Below are positions 30,471 through 40,304 of a DNA stretch of 64,000 nucleotides, piece by piece. The DNA is taken from contig CAXXLX010000001.1 in the NCBI GenBank assembly GCA_963665235.2, positions 4,032,001 through 4,096,000 on the forward strand. The letters run 5' to 3'. The DNA comes from Candidatus Poribacteria bacterium (lineage in GTDB: Bacteria; Poribacteria; WGA-4E; WGA-3G). Position 1 is the stretch's first letter. Each line of letters starts with the position of its first letter. The notes under the pieces were generated by a model that saw only the letters and a program-made list of their open reading frames with translations, searched no databases and was not told the DNA's origin. The translations under genes were made by a program, and so were the position numbers.

Positions 30471-30650
30471 TCGCGTGCACAGCACGCTCCTACACAAGAG
30501 GTCGCGTGCACAGCACGCTCCTACACAAGAGGTCGCGTGCATAGCACGCTCCTACACAAGAGGTCGCGAGCACAGCACGCTCCTACACAAGAATATCGCG
30601 TGCACAGCACGCTCCTACACAAGAATATCGCGAGCACAGCTCGCTCCTAC
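30471..30650. repeat. Tandem array of six GTAG-type REP units (31-32 bp period)
   Basis: TCGCG(T/A)GCACAGC(A/T)CGCTCCTAC repeated with ACAAGAGG or ACAAGAATA linkers. Confidence 0.9.
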
Positions 30651-30675
30651 AGAAGATTTAAGAGGGAGGTACAGA

Positions 30676-31830
30676 ATGGACACGAATCAATCACCTGAGC
30701 AAGAAACGTATCGGGCAACTGCTTTTGCTGATTCAAAGCCTGAGCTTGCAGCCCCCGGTGCAACGCCAGAACGGTTGGCGCATTTGAAGGAGCACGGTTT
30801 TGTCATCATCACGGACTTTGTTGACAATCCCTGGATACCTATTCTCCGAGAGGCAGGCCGCCGTGTTACCGAGGCGTGCGCGCCTGAAAACGGTTACGAC
30901 AAAATTGATTGCTCAAAAGGATACGTACACCGTACAGGACAGGAGCAGCCCTGGGCAATCCGAGGGATTATTCATCCTGCTTTCAAAGAGCCCAGCTTTG
31001 CCGAGTTCCACGGGTCTTCAGGTTTCCTAGATTTCGTTGCATCTTGGTGCAATGGACTACAGGCTGAAGACCTGACATTTAGCGGTATGCTACTGTGGTG
31101 CAACCCACGTACACACGAGAATAAACTCGGATGGCACAGAGATGTGACGTGGTGGGGAACAGGAAAAGGTTATTTCGCGCAACGCGAGGTCCGAGGGGAT
31201 GGTCCGGAGGCTTATTCCGAAGAGGTTGAAAGAGCTCTCTGGAAGGAAATCCAGGAGAGGAACGCGAAATCTATTACGGAACGGAACGGCGTGAGCATGT
31301 TCCTCGCACTCGCTGATGACGAATGCCATGAGATGGTTCCCGGGAGCCATAACCGATGGCGGACACCCTTTGAGCACGATGTGCTCCTACCGAAATCGAT
31401 GAAGGACCAAGGTGTACCGTACACCCCGAGCTGGGACGGTGTATCTCCGCTGCCGGGGCAGGTCGCAATTCGATTGAAGGCAGGGGAGGCACTTATCCGC
31501 AATGGTGCCGCAATCCACACAGGACATACCGTCCCTGAGCGCGAACGTAACACGTTGTCAATCGGTTGGTCGAAGTGGTCAGGTGAATTCACCGGTGAAC
31601 CGTCAGTGACGGATGTGCGGCATGCTTGGCAACTCGACCCCGCTGTACGAGAGGCTTTGCCATACAACTGGATGAAAACCGCATGGGACCGTTGGGCGGA
31701 AACCCAAAAATTAGGGGATACGCTCGAGGACAGGTACACAGGTTTTGACATCAAGCATATCAAAGCTGGCAATGTCTTGGGGTGGCGCGGTGAGCTGGAA
31801 CGTCAAGCTGCTGCAGCAGGAAACGGGTAG
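30676..31830 (+). CDS. Phytanoyl-CoA dioxygenase (PhyH)-like Fe/2OG oxygenase
   Basis: GWHRD, VPGSH, LKAGEALI...IHTG; start at MDTNQ after GGAGG RBS (track ORF extends into the REP array). Confidence 0.78.
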   Translation: MDTNQSPEQETYRATAFADSKPELAAPGATPERLAHLKEHGFVIITDFVDNPWIPILREAGRRVTEACAPENGYDKIDCSKGYVHRTGQEQPWAIRGIIHPAFKEPSFAEFHGSSGFLDFVASWCNGLQAEDLTFSGMLLWCNPRTHENKLGWHRDVTWWGTGKGYFAQREVRGDGPEAYSEEVERALWKEIQERNAKSITERNGVSMFLALADDECHEMVPGSHNRWRTPFEHDVLLPKSMKDQGVPYTPSWDGVSPLPGQVAIRLKAGEALIRNGAAIHTGHTVPERERNTLSIGWSKWSGEFTGEPSVTDVRHAWQLDPAVREALPYNWMKTAWDRWAETQKLGDTLEDRYTGFDIKHIKAGNVLGWRGELERQAAAAGNG

Positions 31831-31869
31831 AATTTTCGCAAGCTCTGTAGGCGTGCTTTAGAGGCGCGC

Positions 31870-33069
31870 CTACTTTTTTATTAAAGATTCATAGAGGGTA
31901 TAAAGCTTTTCGCCAATGCTACGCCAATCGTAATCCCGTTCGACGCGCGCCCGGCCGTTTTCACCGATCTTACGGCGGAGCGGCGGAGCGGTGAGCAATC
32001 GGGTGACTGCTTCAGCAAAGGCTACCGGCGCATCGGCGATAAAAATTTCTTCACCGTCTCGGAGTGCTAACCCCTCCGCACCGACCGAGGTTGAGACAAT
32101 CGCTTTACCCATCGCCAACGCTTCAAGGATTTTGAGACGTGTGCCGCTCCCAATACGCAACGGCACTACAAATACGGTGGTCTCTTCAAAGTAGGGTTTG
32201 ATATCCGGTACACGGCCCGTAACAACAATTCCTTCCCTATCCGCTAATTTCTGCACCCGTTTCGATGGATTTCCACCGACAATTGAGAATTTGACATCCG
32301 GCACCTTCTCCTGAATCTTGGGGAACACGTCATCGGCAAAAAATGAGACCGCGTCTTCATTCGGATACCAATCCATACTACCAATATAGATGAGGTGTGC
32401 AGCTGCCTCACGGGCAAAGTTAGGTTGGTAATGCGTTACATCCACGCCGTTCGGGACGATTTCAATGTTTCCGCTACTTTGCAAGAGATGCCGTTCAAAA
32501 ACAGCCCGGTCAATATCGGATGTGCACGTAACTGCTGCAAACTTCGGCGTCATAACCCGTTCATAACGTTGAAATGCAAGTTGTTGTGTCCAATAGACAC
32601 ATTTATAGAAGGGATTTGTAGTTTCGGCGCAGAGCCGCCGCCAGATAGCGGAATCAACGTTTTGCTGTGAAAGCACCCCGGGCAAACGTGTCTCTGTATG
32701 AAATTGGGCGGTGTGCAACATTTCATAGTGGACCAGGTCAAAAGTGTCGGTTTCTATTAGTGTTCTGAATTTGTGCCGATAGGCGGGTAGATTGTAACGT
32801 GCAACGGTGATAGGATACCGTTTGAAAAAAGCAGTGGCAAGGGTGCCGAACGATACGCGCGGAAGCGTCTGTGCATTCGGAACGAGGTGTACCTGAATGC
32901 CTAGCTGCTGTAGCTCCGCAACGCCTTCCGCATCTGTCGGTTGCGTCTCTAGGGCGAGCAGGGTGACATCACATTTCTGCGCGAGCTGTTTGAGGAGGTT
33001 AAAAACCCGAATTCGTCCACCATCGGTGAGTGGAAAAGGTACGGTGGGGGATAAAAATAGAATCTTCAT
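31870..33069 (-). CDS. Glycosyltransferase family 4
   Basis: PFPLTDGGRIR, GSMDWYPN, GSGTRLKILEALAMG; paralog of 8120-9388. Confidence 0.9.
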   Translation of the reverse strand: MKILFLSPTVPFPLTDGGRIRVFNLLKQLAQKCDVTLLALETQPTDAEGVAELQQLGIQVHLVPNAQTLPRVSFGTLATAFFKRYPITVARYNLPAYRHKFRTLIETDTFDLVHYEMLHTAQFHTETRLPGVLSQQNVDSAIWRRLCAETTNPFYKCVYWTQQLAFQRYERVMTPKFAAVTCTSDIDRAVFERHLLQSSGNIEIVPNGVDVTHYQPNFAREAAAHLIYIGSMDWYPNEDAVSFFADDVFPKIQEKVPDVKFSIVGGNPSKRVQKLADREGIVVTGRVPDIKPYFEETTVFVVPLRIGSGTRLKILEALAMGKAIVSTSVGAEGLALRDGEEIFIADAPVAFAEAVTRLLTAPPLRRKIGENGRARVERDYDWRSIGEKLYTLYESLIKK

Positions 33070-33121
33070 TTTTAAACGAAAATAATGAACCCCCTAGGTG
33101 CACGAAATTGTTTCGATACGA

Positions 33122-34228
33122 TTACTCGGGGACAGCCTCTTCGGTTTCATTCTTTTCATCCTCCCGCCCTATTTTCTCTTTTATTTTATCAACGAATGTG
33201 AGCAGCCGCTTTTTAGCGAGTTGGCGTGAACTGAGTACTGGCGGTGGCGGGTGGATAATAGTGCCGCGTTCCCGTTGGACCCAACCTTTTAAGTTTGCGT
33301 CCCCCCGGATGAGGAGCCACTCACTGTCAAGTTCGAGATAGACCTGCAACCGCACCTCTCCTTTCCGGATGCTATATTTCAGAGGGGAATCGCTTATGAA
33401 CCAACTGATTCCATCTGGTCCCGCTGTGAGTTTGGCATTCAGCGATAAAGGTATTTTCAGATTCTCAAATTCCTTCCGCAATTCATCGGAGAATTTTCCT
33501 TCGGCTAGGGCCGTCTGCGATGCTACATCGACCTTAAATAGCTCTGTCACAATTGGATACTTGGATTGCTGGTAGACAGCTAGTTTTTGAGGGCCATTCC
33601 TGATTTCGTAAGTTTGCTTATATTTTTTATCCTTAAGCAACCACTGTTTTCCTTTTACCTCAATAGAGACTTCCAAATCATCGGAGAGTTGGATTCTGTT
33701 TATGTCAAATTGCTCGACGAGGTTGGGGAGATATACATCGAGATGGTTGCGAACGCGAACGACCGTATATCCAGCTCCATCACTATCTGTGAGGAGCCAC
33801 TCCTCACCAGTTAGCAATACCTTAATGGAGCCGGTGCTTGAACGAAACTGATTTTTTTCTGTTAAATCGGCAAACATCTTTTTCCAATCAACGCCGGTTG
33901 CCAACGCTTTGTCGAGTTTTCCCTTTCTGAGCACAGCGCGATGCGCTAGGTCTGCACTAAACAGCAGATTCGGGGAAAACTGGTCACTGTTTAAGTTGCT
34001 GATATATTTCCGGTCGAGGTTAAAACGGTAAACATCTTTTGTCTTGGCAAACGGTCTTGAGTTGACTGTGGGCCGTTTACGAAATGAGGTGAGTGTGTGT
34101 ACCTGCAACTTCGGTGACCCTGGCTCCGGGACCGGGGGTGCTTGGAGGATATAGATGCAGAAGCAAAACCCGGTAACAAGGGTTGAAAGGATGGCTATCG
34201 TTAGGATTCTAATAATTATCTTTTTCAT
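33122..34228 (-). CDS. Membrane-anchored hypothetical protein with internal repeats
   Basis: N-terminal TM; three W..xD...Y.(I/V)R...L.VY-like repeats. Confidence 0.7.
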   Translation of the reverse strand: MKKIIIRILTIAILSTLVTGFCFCIYILQAPPVPEPGSPKLQVHTLTSFRKRPTVNSRPFAKTKDVYRFNLDRKYISNLNSDQFSPNLLFSADLAHRAVLRKGKLDKALATGVDWKKMFADLTEKNQFRSSTGSIKVLLTGEEWLLTDSDGAGYTVVRVRNHLDVYLPNLVEQFDINRIQLSDDLEVSIEVKGKQWLLKDKKYKQTYEIRNGPQKLAVYQQSKYPIVTELFKVDVASQTALAEGKFSDELRKEFENLKIPLSLNAKLTAGPDGISWFISDSPLKYSIRKGEVRLQVYLELDSEWLLIRGDANLKGWVQRERGTIIHPPPPVLSSRQLAKKRLLTFVDKIKEKIGREDEKNETEEAVPE

Positions 34229-34359
34229 AATAGCGTGTGGAAAGTTCCACGATTTTACGGTTGATAAAATAACCGCTGCAAAAATTGGTTGACATTAAGT
34301 CGTTTGCGGGCCACAATTAGTGTAAGTCTTATGCTATTTTAACACAAATTGGGAAAAAT

Positions 34360-35652
34360 ATGCAAGAATTAAATTCTTTAGCAGTTGAATTAAATGAACA
34401 GATTCGGGGAGCATCGCCGGAGGTTTTCTCGCTGCTCTCCAAATTGGGGCAGCGCATCTATCTACCGAAAGGTATTTTAAGCCAGAGCGCGGAAGCGAAG
34501 GTACAGGCGAGTCGGTTTAATGCAACGCGCGCGGTCGCGTTAGAATCCGGGCACCTAATGCATCTGGCTGCGTCGCGGCAGTTAATACCTGAACTTTCGC
34601 CTGAAGGCATCTACGGATACGCGCCGGTGCTCGGCAATCCGGAATTACGTCACGTCTGGCAAACCTGTCTACGTACTGAAAATCCGCTCCTATCAGCGGC
34701 CCCCTTGAGTCTTCCGATTGCAACAAGTGGTATGACACACGGCTTCAGTCTACTCGCAGAACTCTTTGTAGATAGCGGTGATATGCTTGTTCTGCCAGAT
34801 AAGAGTTGGGGAAATTACAAGCTCATTTTTCAGACAAAAGCGGGCGCGAATATCCAAACCTATCCCTTCTTCAACAACAGTAGACGTTTTAATATCGGTG
34901 GATTTCGGGAAATTCTCTCACAACAGAACAACACTAAATTGCTGATTCTTCTCAATTTTCCTCACAATCCGACCGGCTACTCGATTACGCGTGTCGAGGC
35001 AGAGCAAATTGTGGAGGCAATTGTGGCGCGTGCTGATGCTGGATGCCGTATCCTTGTGATGGTTGACGATGCCTACGCAGGGTTTTGGTACGATCCAGCA
35101 GTGATGCACGAATCTCTTTTCGGTTTGCTGGTAGGATGCCATTCGAATGTCGTGCCGGTGAAAATAGATGGTGCGACTAAAACGGAATATGCATGGGGTT
35201 TGCGCGTGGGATTTCTTACGTTCGGGCTTGAGGAGAAAGTGATGATGGGTATTGAGGAAAAGTTAAGCGGTCTTATCAGAGCAAATACCTCAGGGGCCGC
35301 GCAAATTGCTCAAACGCTTATTCTACAGGCGATGAAAACCCCAGGATATGCAGAACAGAAACGACGCAATTATGAAATTCTGAAGGCACGAGCGTTGAAG
35401 ATGAAACAGGTTGCATCGGATGCACAATATGCAGCGTTTTGGGAGGTGTATCCGAGTCATGCGGGGTATTTTCTGTGCCTTCGACTGAAATCAGGAGATG
35501 CGGAGCGGGTTCGGCAGCGGCTCCTTGCGGAGCACGGTATCGGCACAATTGCGCTCGGTGAAACGGAGTTGCGGGTGGCGTATTCATGTCTTGAGGAATC
35601 AGATATTGCGGATGTTTTCAGGGCAATTGCGGAGGTTATTCAATGGCTATAA
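34360..35652 (+). CDS. Aminotransferase class I/II (PLP-dependent)
   Basis: NFPHNPTG, DDAY, DGATKTEYAWGLRVG (PLP lysine), LRVAYS. Confidence 0.9.
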   Translation: MQELNSLAVELNEQIRGASPEVFSLLSKLGQRIYLPKGILSQSAEAKVQASRFNATRAVALESGHLMHLAASRQLIPELSPEGIYGYAPVLGNPELRHVWQTCLRTENPLLSAAPLSLPIATSGMTHGFSLLAELFVDSGDMLVLPDKSWGNYKLIFQTKAGANIQTYPFFNNSRRFNIGGFREILSQQNNTKLLILLNFPHNPTGYSITRVEAEQIVEAIVARADAGCRILVMVDDAYAGFWYDPAVMHESLFGLLVGCHSNVVPVKIDGATKTEYAWGLRVGFLTFGLEEKVMMGIEEKLSGLIRANTSGAAQIAQTLILQAMKTPGYAEQKRRNYEILKARALKMKQVASDAQYAAFWEVYPSHAGYFLCLRLKSGDAERVRQRLLAEHGIGTIALGETELRVAYSCLEESDIADVFRAIAEVIQWL

Positions 35653-35697
35653 TGAAGTTTGGACAATTTTAGGGAGTGGGTAACGTTCTGGTCAAAG

Positions 35698-35792
35698 GGA
35701 TAGGTGGAAGGGTGGAAGAGTGGAAGAGTGGATTTGTCATGTGTTGTCAGAATCGCGGATTAGCGCGGATTTATCGGATTTCGCGGATTTTA
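35698..35792. repeat. GGAAG-repeat/CGCGGAT composite element, short form
   Basis: Similar to 43848-44096 and 46717-46861 but lacking their 32-bp insert. Confidence 0.65.
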
Positions 35793-35823
35793 AGCGTAAC
35801 GCTCTAAGTTTGTGAGTATAGGT

Positions 35824-35976
35824 TAACGTGAGCTTGATAATAAATGTCCGTTGGTTTCCCTAACCCCTATAAACATATCGTCCATACTGGACTAAGAGGA
35901 GGAGGGTAGAAACCCTCGCTTCTATAGACATATCGTCCATACTGGACTAAAGAAAACTTTTTCCAAACTCACGTTA
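35824..35976. mobile_element. Candidate second MITE (TAACGTGAG...CTCACGTTA) enclosing two CTATAAACATATCG-family hairpins
   Basis: 9-bp perfect terminal inverted repeats; internal units at ~35868 and ~35922. Confidence 0.5.
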
Positions 35977-35982
35977 TAGTAC

Positions 35983-36226
35983 TACCATTTTTATTAATTA
36001 TTCTATCATTACCGGTTGTTAGAAATGAAACGGAGAACGGAAGACACAAACTAAAAGTTTATGCTACGATAAAGCACACAAACTGGAAGTTTATGCTACG
36101 ATAAAGCACACAAACTGGAAGTTTATGCTACGATAAAGCACACAAACTGGAAGTTTATGCTACGATAAAGCACACAAACTGGAAGTTTATGCTACAATAA
36201 AGAGACATTTTCAATTAGAAATGGTA
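35983..36226. mobile_element. MITE copy 2 with 5 internal REP-like units (32-bp period)
   Basis: TACCATTT...AAATGGTA ends; TAC duplication on both flanks. Confidence 0.85.
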
Positions 36227-36241
36227 TACGAACATAATGTG

Positions 36242-36275
36242 TTTACAGAGAACGGCACGGAAGCCGTTCCCTGTA
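36242..36275 (-). terminator. Hairpin downstream of the 36286-36894 gene
   Basis: TTACAG.GAACGGC...GCCGTTC.CTGTAA stem. Confidence 0.5.
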
Positions 36276-36285
36276 AGATATGGGT

Positions 36286-36894
36286 TTATCTACGAGCCTT
36301 CAAGGCGGCCCAGGTGGTTGTGACTTTTCCATTGGGTTCGACAGGGGTTGGCAAGTCGCCGACGGTTTTCCGAAAATAGACATCATCTGCGACGTTATTC
36401 GGTCCTGCCCAGACCCAGAATGCGGTTGAGTCAGGGTCTTTCAACGTTTCGCGCATTGTGTTCGCGCCAAATGCCCAGACCCCTTCGCCGAAGGGTGCAA
36501 GTTGGGTTGCGTTATCCCAATCGCTGTCGTCAAAATCAACCTTTTCCCATCCATCATTGCGTTCTGCAAGGGGTGCCCCTGCGTTAGCCTTCCATGTTTC
36601 ATCTGAAGGGATATAGGTGCCATCGTCAAGGATAACATCAAACAGGGCACCGCCGACTCCTGCGCCGCCGGGTTCCGCGTCGTGGACATACACGGCGATA
36701 ACGGCATACCCCTCAGACATTTCAAATTCGGTGACAGAGGCTTGTTGCCAATTATCGCCTTCGGCTACCTTTTCGCCGTTGACGAAACCGACCCAGGAGT
36801 TGTCGCCGTTGATTCGGAGGGTTGCCCCCCAGACACTTAAAGCCACTAAGGATAAAACGAAAACCAACATTGTTCGAATGATAATCTTTTTCAT
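36286..36894 (-). CDS. Secreted beta-sandwich (lectin/CBM-like) protein with conserved C-terminal motif
   Basis: Signal peptide; GDN...VNG, GWEKVDFDDSDW, VYFRK; ends PVEPNGKVTTTWAALK. Confidence 0.78.
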   Translation of the reverse strand: MKKIIIRTMLVFVLSLVALSVWGATLRINGDNSWVGFVNGEKVAEGDNWQQASVTEFEMSEGYAVIAVYVHDAEPGGAGVGGALFDVILDDGTYIPSDETWKANAGAPLAERNDGWEKVDFDDSDWDNATQLAPFGEGVWAFGANTMRETLKDPDSTAFWVWAGPNNVADDVYFRKTVGDLPTPVEPNGKVTTTWAALKARR

Positions 36895-36975
36895 GCAATT
36901 CTCCTTTATTTTTTTAATGATCGGATTTGACCAATCGTTAGTGTTACAAAAATTCAGCCCTTTTGTTTACTTGGG

Positions 36976-37611
36976 CTACTTGGACTCATTCTTAATACGC
37001 GCCCACGAGGTGGCGAGTTTGTCTTGAGGTTCAACGGGAAGTGTTCCGATAGTGTAACGGAAGTAGACATCGTCTTCGACATTGTTTGGACCACACCAGA
37101 CCCAATTTGCTGTGCAGTCAGGATTGTTGAGCGTTCCACGCATTGCGTCTGCGCCGAATCCCCATATTCCTCCGCCGAATTTTTCGTAAATTTGTAGTTC
37201 AGTTTCCCATTTACTGTCGTCAAAATTAACCTTTTCCCAGCCATCGTTTCGTTGGGCGATAGGTTTACCAGCCTCACATCGCCAGCCTTCCTCGCCTGTG
37301 CCAATATATTCAGGCTTATCATCAAGGATGATGTCAGCGAGGAATCCGCCGCTGCCGGCACCGCCCGGTTCCGCATCGTGAACATAGACTGCAATTACGG
37401 CGAAGCCATCTTTCAATGTGAATTCACTGGCAGTGGGGGCCTGCCAATTTGCGTTCTCAGCGACCTTTTCCCCATTCACGTAAACGATCCAGGAGTTATC
37501 GCCACTCACACGCACCGTTCCTTTTTTGGAAACAGCGTTTGTTGTTTGTATCAGAATTATGCTGCCTAACAACAGTAAAAGTGTTACACAGCCTATTAGC
37601 CGGTTGTTCAT
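36976..37611 (-). CDS. Secreted beta-sandwich protein, tandem paralog of 36286-36894
   Basis: Shared AVIAVYVHDAEPGGAG and NDGWEKV.FDDS.W; ends PVEPQDKLATSWARIK. Confidence 0.78.
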   Translation of the reverse strand: MNNRLIGCVTLLLLLGSIILIQTTNAVSKKGTVRVSGDNSWIVYVNGEKVAENANWQAPTASEFTLKDGFAVIAVYVHDAEPGGAGSGGFLADIILDDKPEYIGTGEEGWRCEAGKPIAQRNDGWEKVNFDDSKWETELQIYEKFGGGIWGFGADAMRGTLNNPDCTANWVWCGPNNVEDDVYFRYTIGTLPVEPQDKLATSWARIKNESK

Positions 37612-37648
37612 AAAAAACCTCCATTTTTTGTTTTAATTTCAGTACTTA

Positions 37649-38914
37649 TCAATTCCCAAATTCACGATAAAGTGAAAGCAGCCCATACGCAGTATTTTCG
37701 TTGAAAAGACACCGCGCGTAGGGCTCGTAGGGTCTGTACTGTTGGTTGAAATACGTAATCAGTGCCTGCTGTGCAGGTTCAACCTTACGATTTTCAATTG
37801 CCTCACATAAAATGCAATACGGCAGCCATTGCCGCAACTGATTGTGAAATATGAGTTCCGCATCGGTTTGCGTTGTAACATAAACCTTGCCTAACGGGGT
37901 GAGTGCATAAGTGACACGTCGCCCTTTCCTCCGTTTAGACACAAAGCCAAGGAGGATGAGATTGTCTAATGCTTTCCGTACGCCTGTCTCTCCTGTCTTC
38001 CAATTTTGTGTCTGTAGCCACGCCTGAATCGCCTGAAGTGGTTGGTTTTCACATGCCTCAACTGCGTCTGCGGTGATTTTCATTGCGCCATAGACACGCG
38101 CGGAATAACCGAGCAGGCTATCTTCTAATTGCCACGCCTCCCATAAACTCAACTCGGATTTACGGTCAGCGATATAGCGAACCGCCTCCGTTTCCTGTAC
38201 ATAGTGGAAGTGCCCATTGCCGAATTGCGTTTGTGCCACCGACAACCCGGGTAAACGCCGTATCCATCTTTCAAGTTCATCAGGAAAACTGACAAATTCA
38301 GGAAATCCCTTAACCGGTGCGCCGTAACGGAGCTTATTGCCGACTCTCATTTGACTGCCCGTAGTGCTGATGATGCAATCGTCTTGGAGTTCAAAAGCAT
38401 CTAACAGGACAGATGCACTTCCAGTACCGATGCGGGCTAAGACATGTGGTCGCAGTGCCTTCCAATCAATTAGTAGAATTTTCAAGGACATTTCCCGTTT
38501 CTGCCACCTATAAACACTTTCGTCAAACCCGTTGAGAGATACACAGACAATTCCATCACATCCGAGGTCATTCGCTGCTTGTATCCGGCGTTCGACACGT
38601 AAATCCTGAATTGAGGCGGGCCGTTTCTCAAAGAACTTCGCTTCTAATAGGTATCGGTCTGAACCGTCCCACAAAATTCCATCACATTGATAGAGCGTAC
38701 CGGATTCTCCGTAAAGACAACTCGACCACTCTTTGACCTCTAAGCTGCGAACGGAGTTGTAGTAGCTAAGGATTAGGTGTTCGAAGGCGTTTCCACGTTT
38801 TGAGGGGGATGTCGGTAAAGCAATTTTGGGTGCGGTCTCCCCTTTCGGCACAGCTGGTACGTCCCCCTCGTTCAGTATAGTAAAGGCAGTAGGTTGTGCG
38901 TAGATAAAGGTCAT
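37649..38914 (-). CDS. Putative restriction endonuclease: Mrr-like PD-(D/E)xK domain plus C-terminal winged helix
   Basis: GNAFEHLI...QCDGIL...LLEAK; C-terminal LDNLILLGFV...YALTPLGK. Confidence 0.65.
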   Translation of the reverse strand: MTFIYAQPTAFTILNEGDVPAVPKGETAPKIALPTSPSKRGNAFEHLILSYYNSVRSLEVKEWSSCLYGESGTLYQCDGILWDGSDRYLLEAKFFEKRPASIQDLRVERRIQAANDLGCDGIVCVSLNGFDESVYRWQKREMSLKILLIDWKALRPHVLARIGTGSASVLLDAFELQDDCIISTTGSQMRVGNKLRYGAPVKGFPEFVSFPDELERWIRRLPGLSVAQTQFGNGHFHYVQETEAVRYIADRKSELSLWEAWQLEDSLLGYSARVYGAMKITADAVEACENQPLQAIQAWLQTQNWKTGETGVRKALDNLILLGFVSKRRKGRRVTYALTPLGKVYVTTQTDAELIFHNQLRQWLPYCILCEAIENRKVEPAQQALITYFNQQYRPYEPYARCLFNENTAYGLLSLYREFGN

Positions 38915-38948
38915 ATTTGTGTCTAAAATGTCTTCAAATATTGTCGGT

Positions 38949-39842
38949 TTATTTTAGTGCTAACCTTCCAGCGAGGTCGGTGACAAACTGATAGGCGACG
39001 CGTCCCGAACGTCCACTTGACGTTGCCTCCCATTCCAATGCCATCCGGTGTAGCTCCGCAGTGGGGAGGGTAAGTCCGCGTTTTTGGGCATAATGGGAAA
39101 CAATCTGCAAATACGTGTTTTGTGAAATTCTATAAAAAGCGAGCCGTAGTCCAAAACGGTCGCTCAACGAAACCTTTTCTTCTGTTGCCTCGCGTGGGTA
39201 GAGTTCATCCTCCTCGTTTTGCGGGTACCGATTTTCTCGTACCTGTCGTGGCATTAAATGCCGTCGATTTGAGGTGGCATAGACCAGGACGTTGTCTGGG
39301 CATGCTGAAATGCCTCCTTCCAGTATCGCCTTCAGTTCGCGATATTCAGGTTCGTCTTCGCTAAAGGCGAGGTCATCACAAAACAGGATATAGTATTCAG
39401 GCCGTTCCCACAGTAGCTCTGCGATTTCTTGTAAATGTATAAGTCCCTCTTTACCGAGCCCGATTAACCGAAGTCCATCGTCAGCGTAGCGATTCAGCAT
39501 GGCTTTGATGAGAGAGGATTTCCCTGTGCCGCGGTCGCCCCACAGCAGGACGTGGTTTGCCGGCACGTTTTGTAAAAACTGACGGGTGTTCCGGTCTAAT
39601 GCTGCGTATTGTGCATCTAGCCCAATTAGGTCTGTGCTCTCAACAAGATGTGGATGTTTAACGGGTACAATGTGCCCCGTGCCGTTTCGGGTTCGCCACT
39701 GAAAAGCGATGTAGTTATCCAAATATTCGGCGAGCGTGTTTGCTGGGTGTACGTTCAAGCGGTTCAACACGTTATCGGCTTTTTGAAGCAGCTGCTCAAA
39801 AAGTGGTAAGATATTATCTAGCTCCCGGTTTTTCTCAGACAT
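38949..39842 (-). CDS. AAA+ ATPase, DUF815 family
   Basis: LLWGDRGTGKSS, FCDDLAF, YATSNRRHL, SLSDRFG, SGR; start moved to MSEKN. Confidence 0.88.
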   Translation of the reverse strand: MSEKNRELDNILPLFEQLLQKADNVLNRLNVHPANTLAEYLDNYIAFQWRTRNGTGHIVPVKHPHLVESTDLIGLDAQYAALDRNTRQFLQNVPANHVLLWGDRGTGKSSLIKAMLNRYADDGLRLIGLGKEGLIHLQEIAELLWERPEYYILFCDDLAFSEDEPEYRELKAILEGGISACPDNVLVYATSNRRHLMPRQVRENRYPQNEEDELYPREATEEKVSLSDRFGLRLAFYRISQNTYLQIVSHYAQKRGLTLPTAELHRMALEWEATSSGRSGRVAYQFVTDLAGRLALK

Positions 39843-39893
39843 AGTTCCATCAATCGCTCCCTTGGAGAGCATTTCGGATGAGCCGCCCCTGCC

Positions 39894-40094
39894 TTATTTA
39901 TCAGGGGAGCTAAAAAATTGTTTCAGCCACGTGCCGAACTCGGAATCTCTGGTAATGTCTTTCAACACCCACGTGAATCCCCATCTTATTCCCAGTGCAA
40001 TACCAACCCCGAGCAGGACTGCTCCTAACAGGGCTCCTGATATGTAAAGGAATATTATTATGACAAACTCCATAAGACCTGTCCCGAACATCAT
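39894..40094 (-). CDS. Small membrane protein
   Basis: GGAGG RBS before MMFG; strongly hydrophobic 66 aa. Confidence 0.55.
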   Translation of the reverse strand: MMFGTGLMEFVIIIFLYISGALLGAVLLGVGIALGIRWGFTWVLKDITRDSEFGTWLKQFFSSPDK

Positions 40095-40304
40095 GAATAC
40101 CCTCCTTGCATCGTATAGCGGCGCGGACACCGCTGCTTCTATAAACATATCGCGACTAGCGATTGGCAATAGGTTTTTATAGAATTATATCGCTTTTCTG
40201 CTTTCTATGTCAACAAAATTTTTGTGTTGGTTATCAGCAGATCGTTCAGCTGACAATAGACAAATATTCCTCCGACTGTTGACAACCGATAGGCATCTGC
40301 GTTT

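Noticed and set aside
30471-30650. CRISPR-like array, and the 78-aa N-terminal extension of the 30442 ORF
   Set aside because: Linkers are only 8-9 bp and repeated; the unit is a dispersed REP; a strong RBS precedes the ATG at 30676
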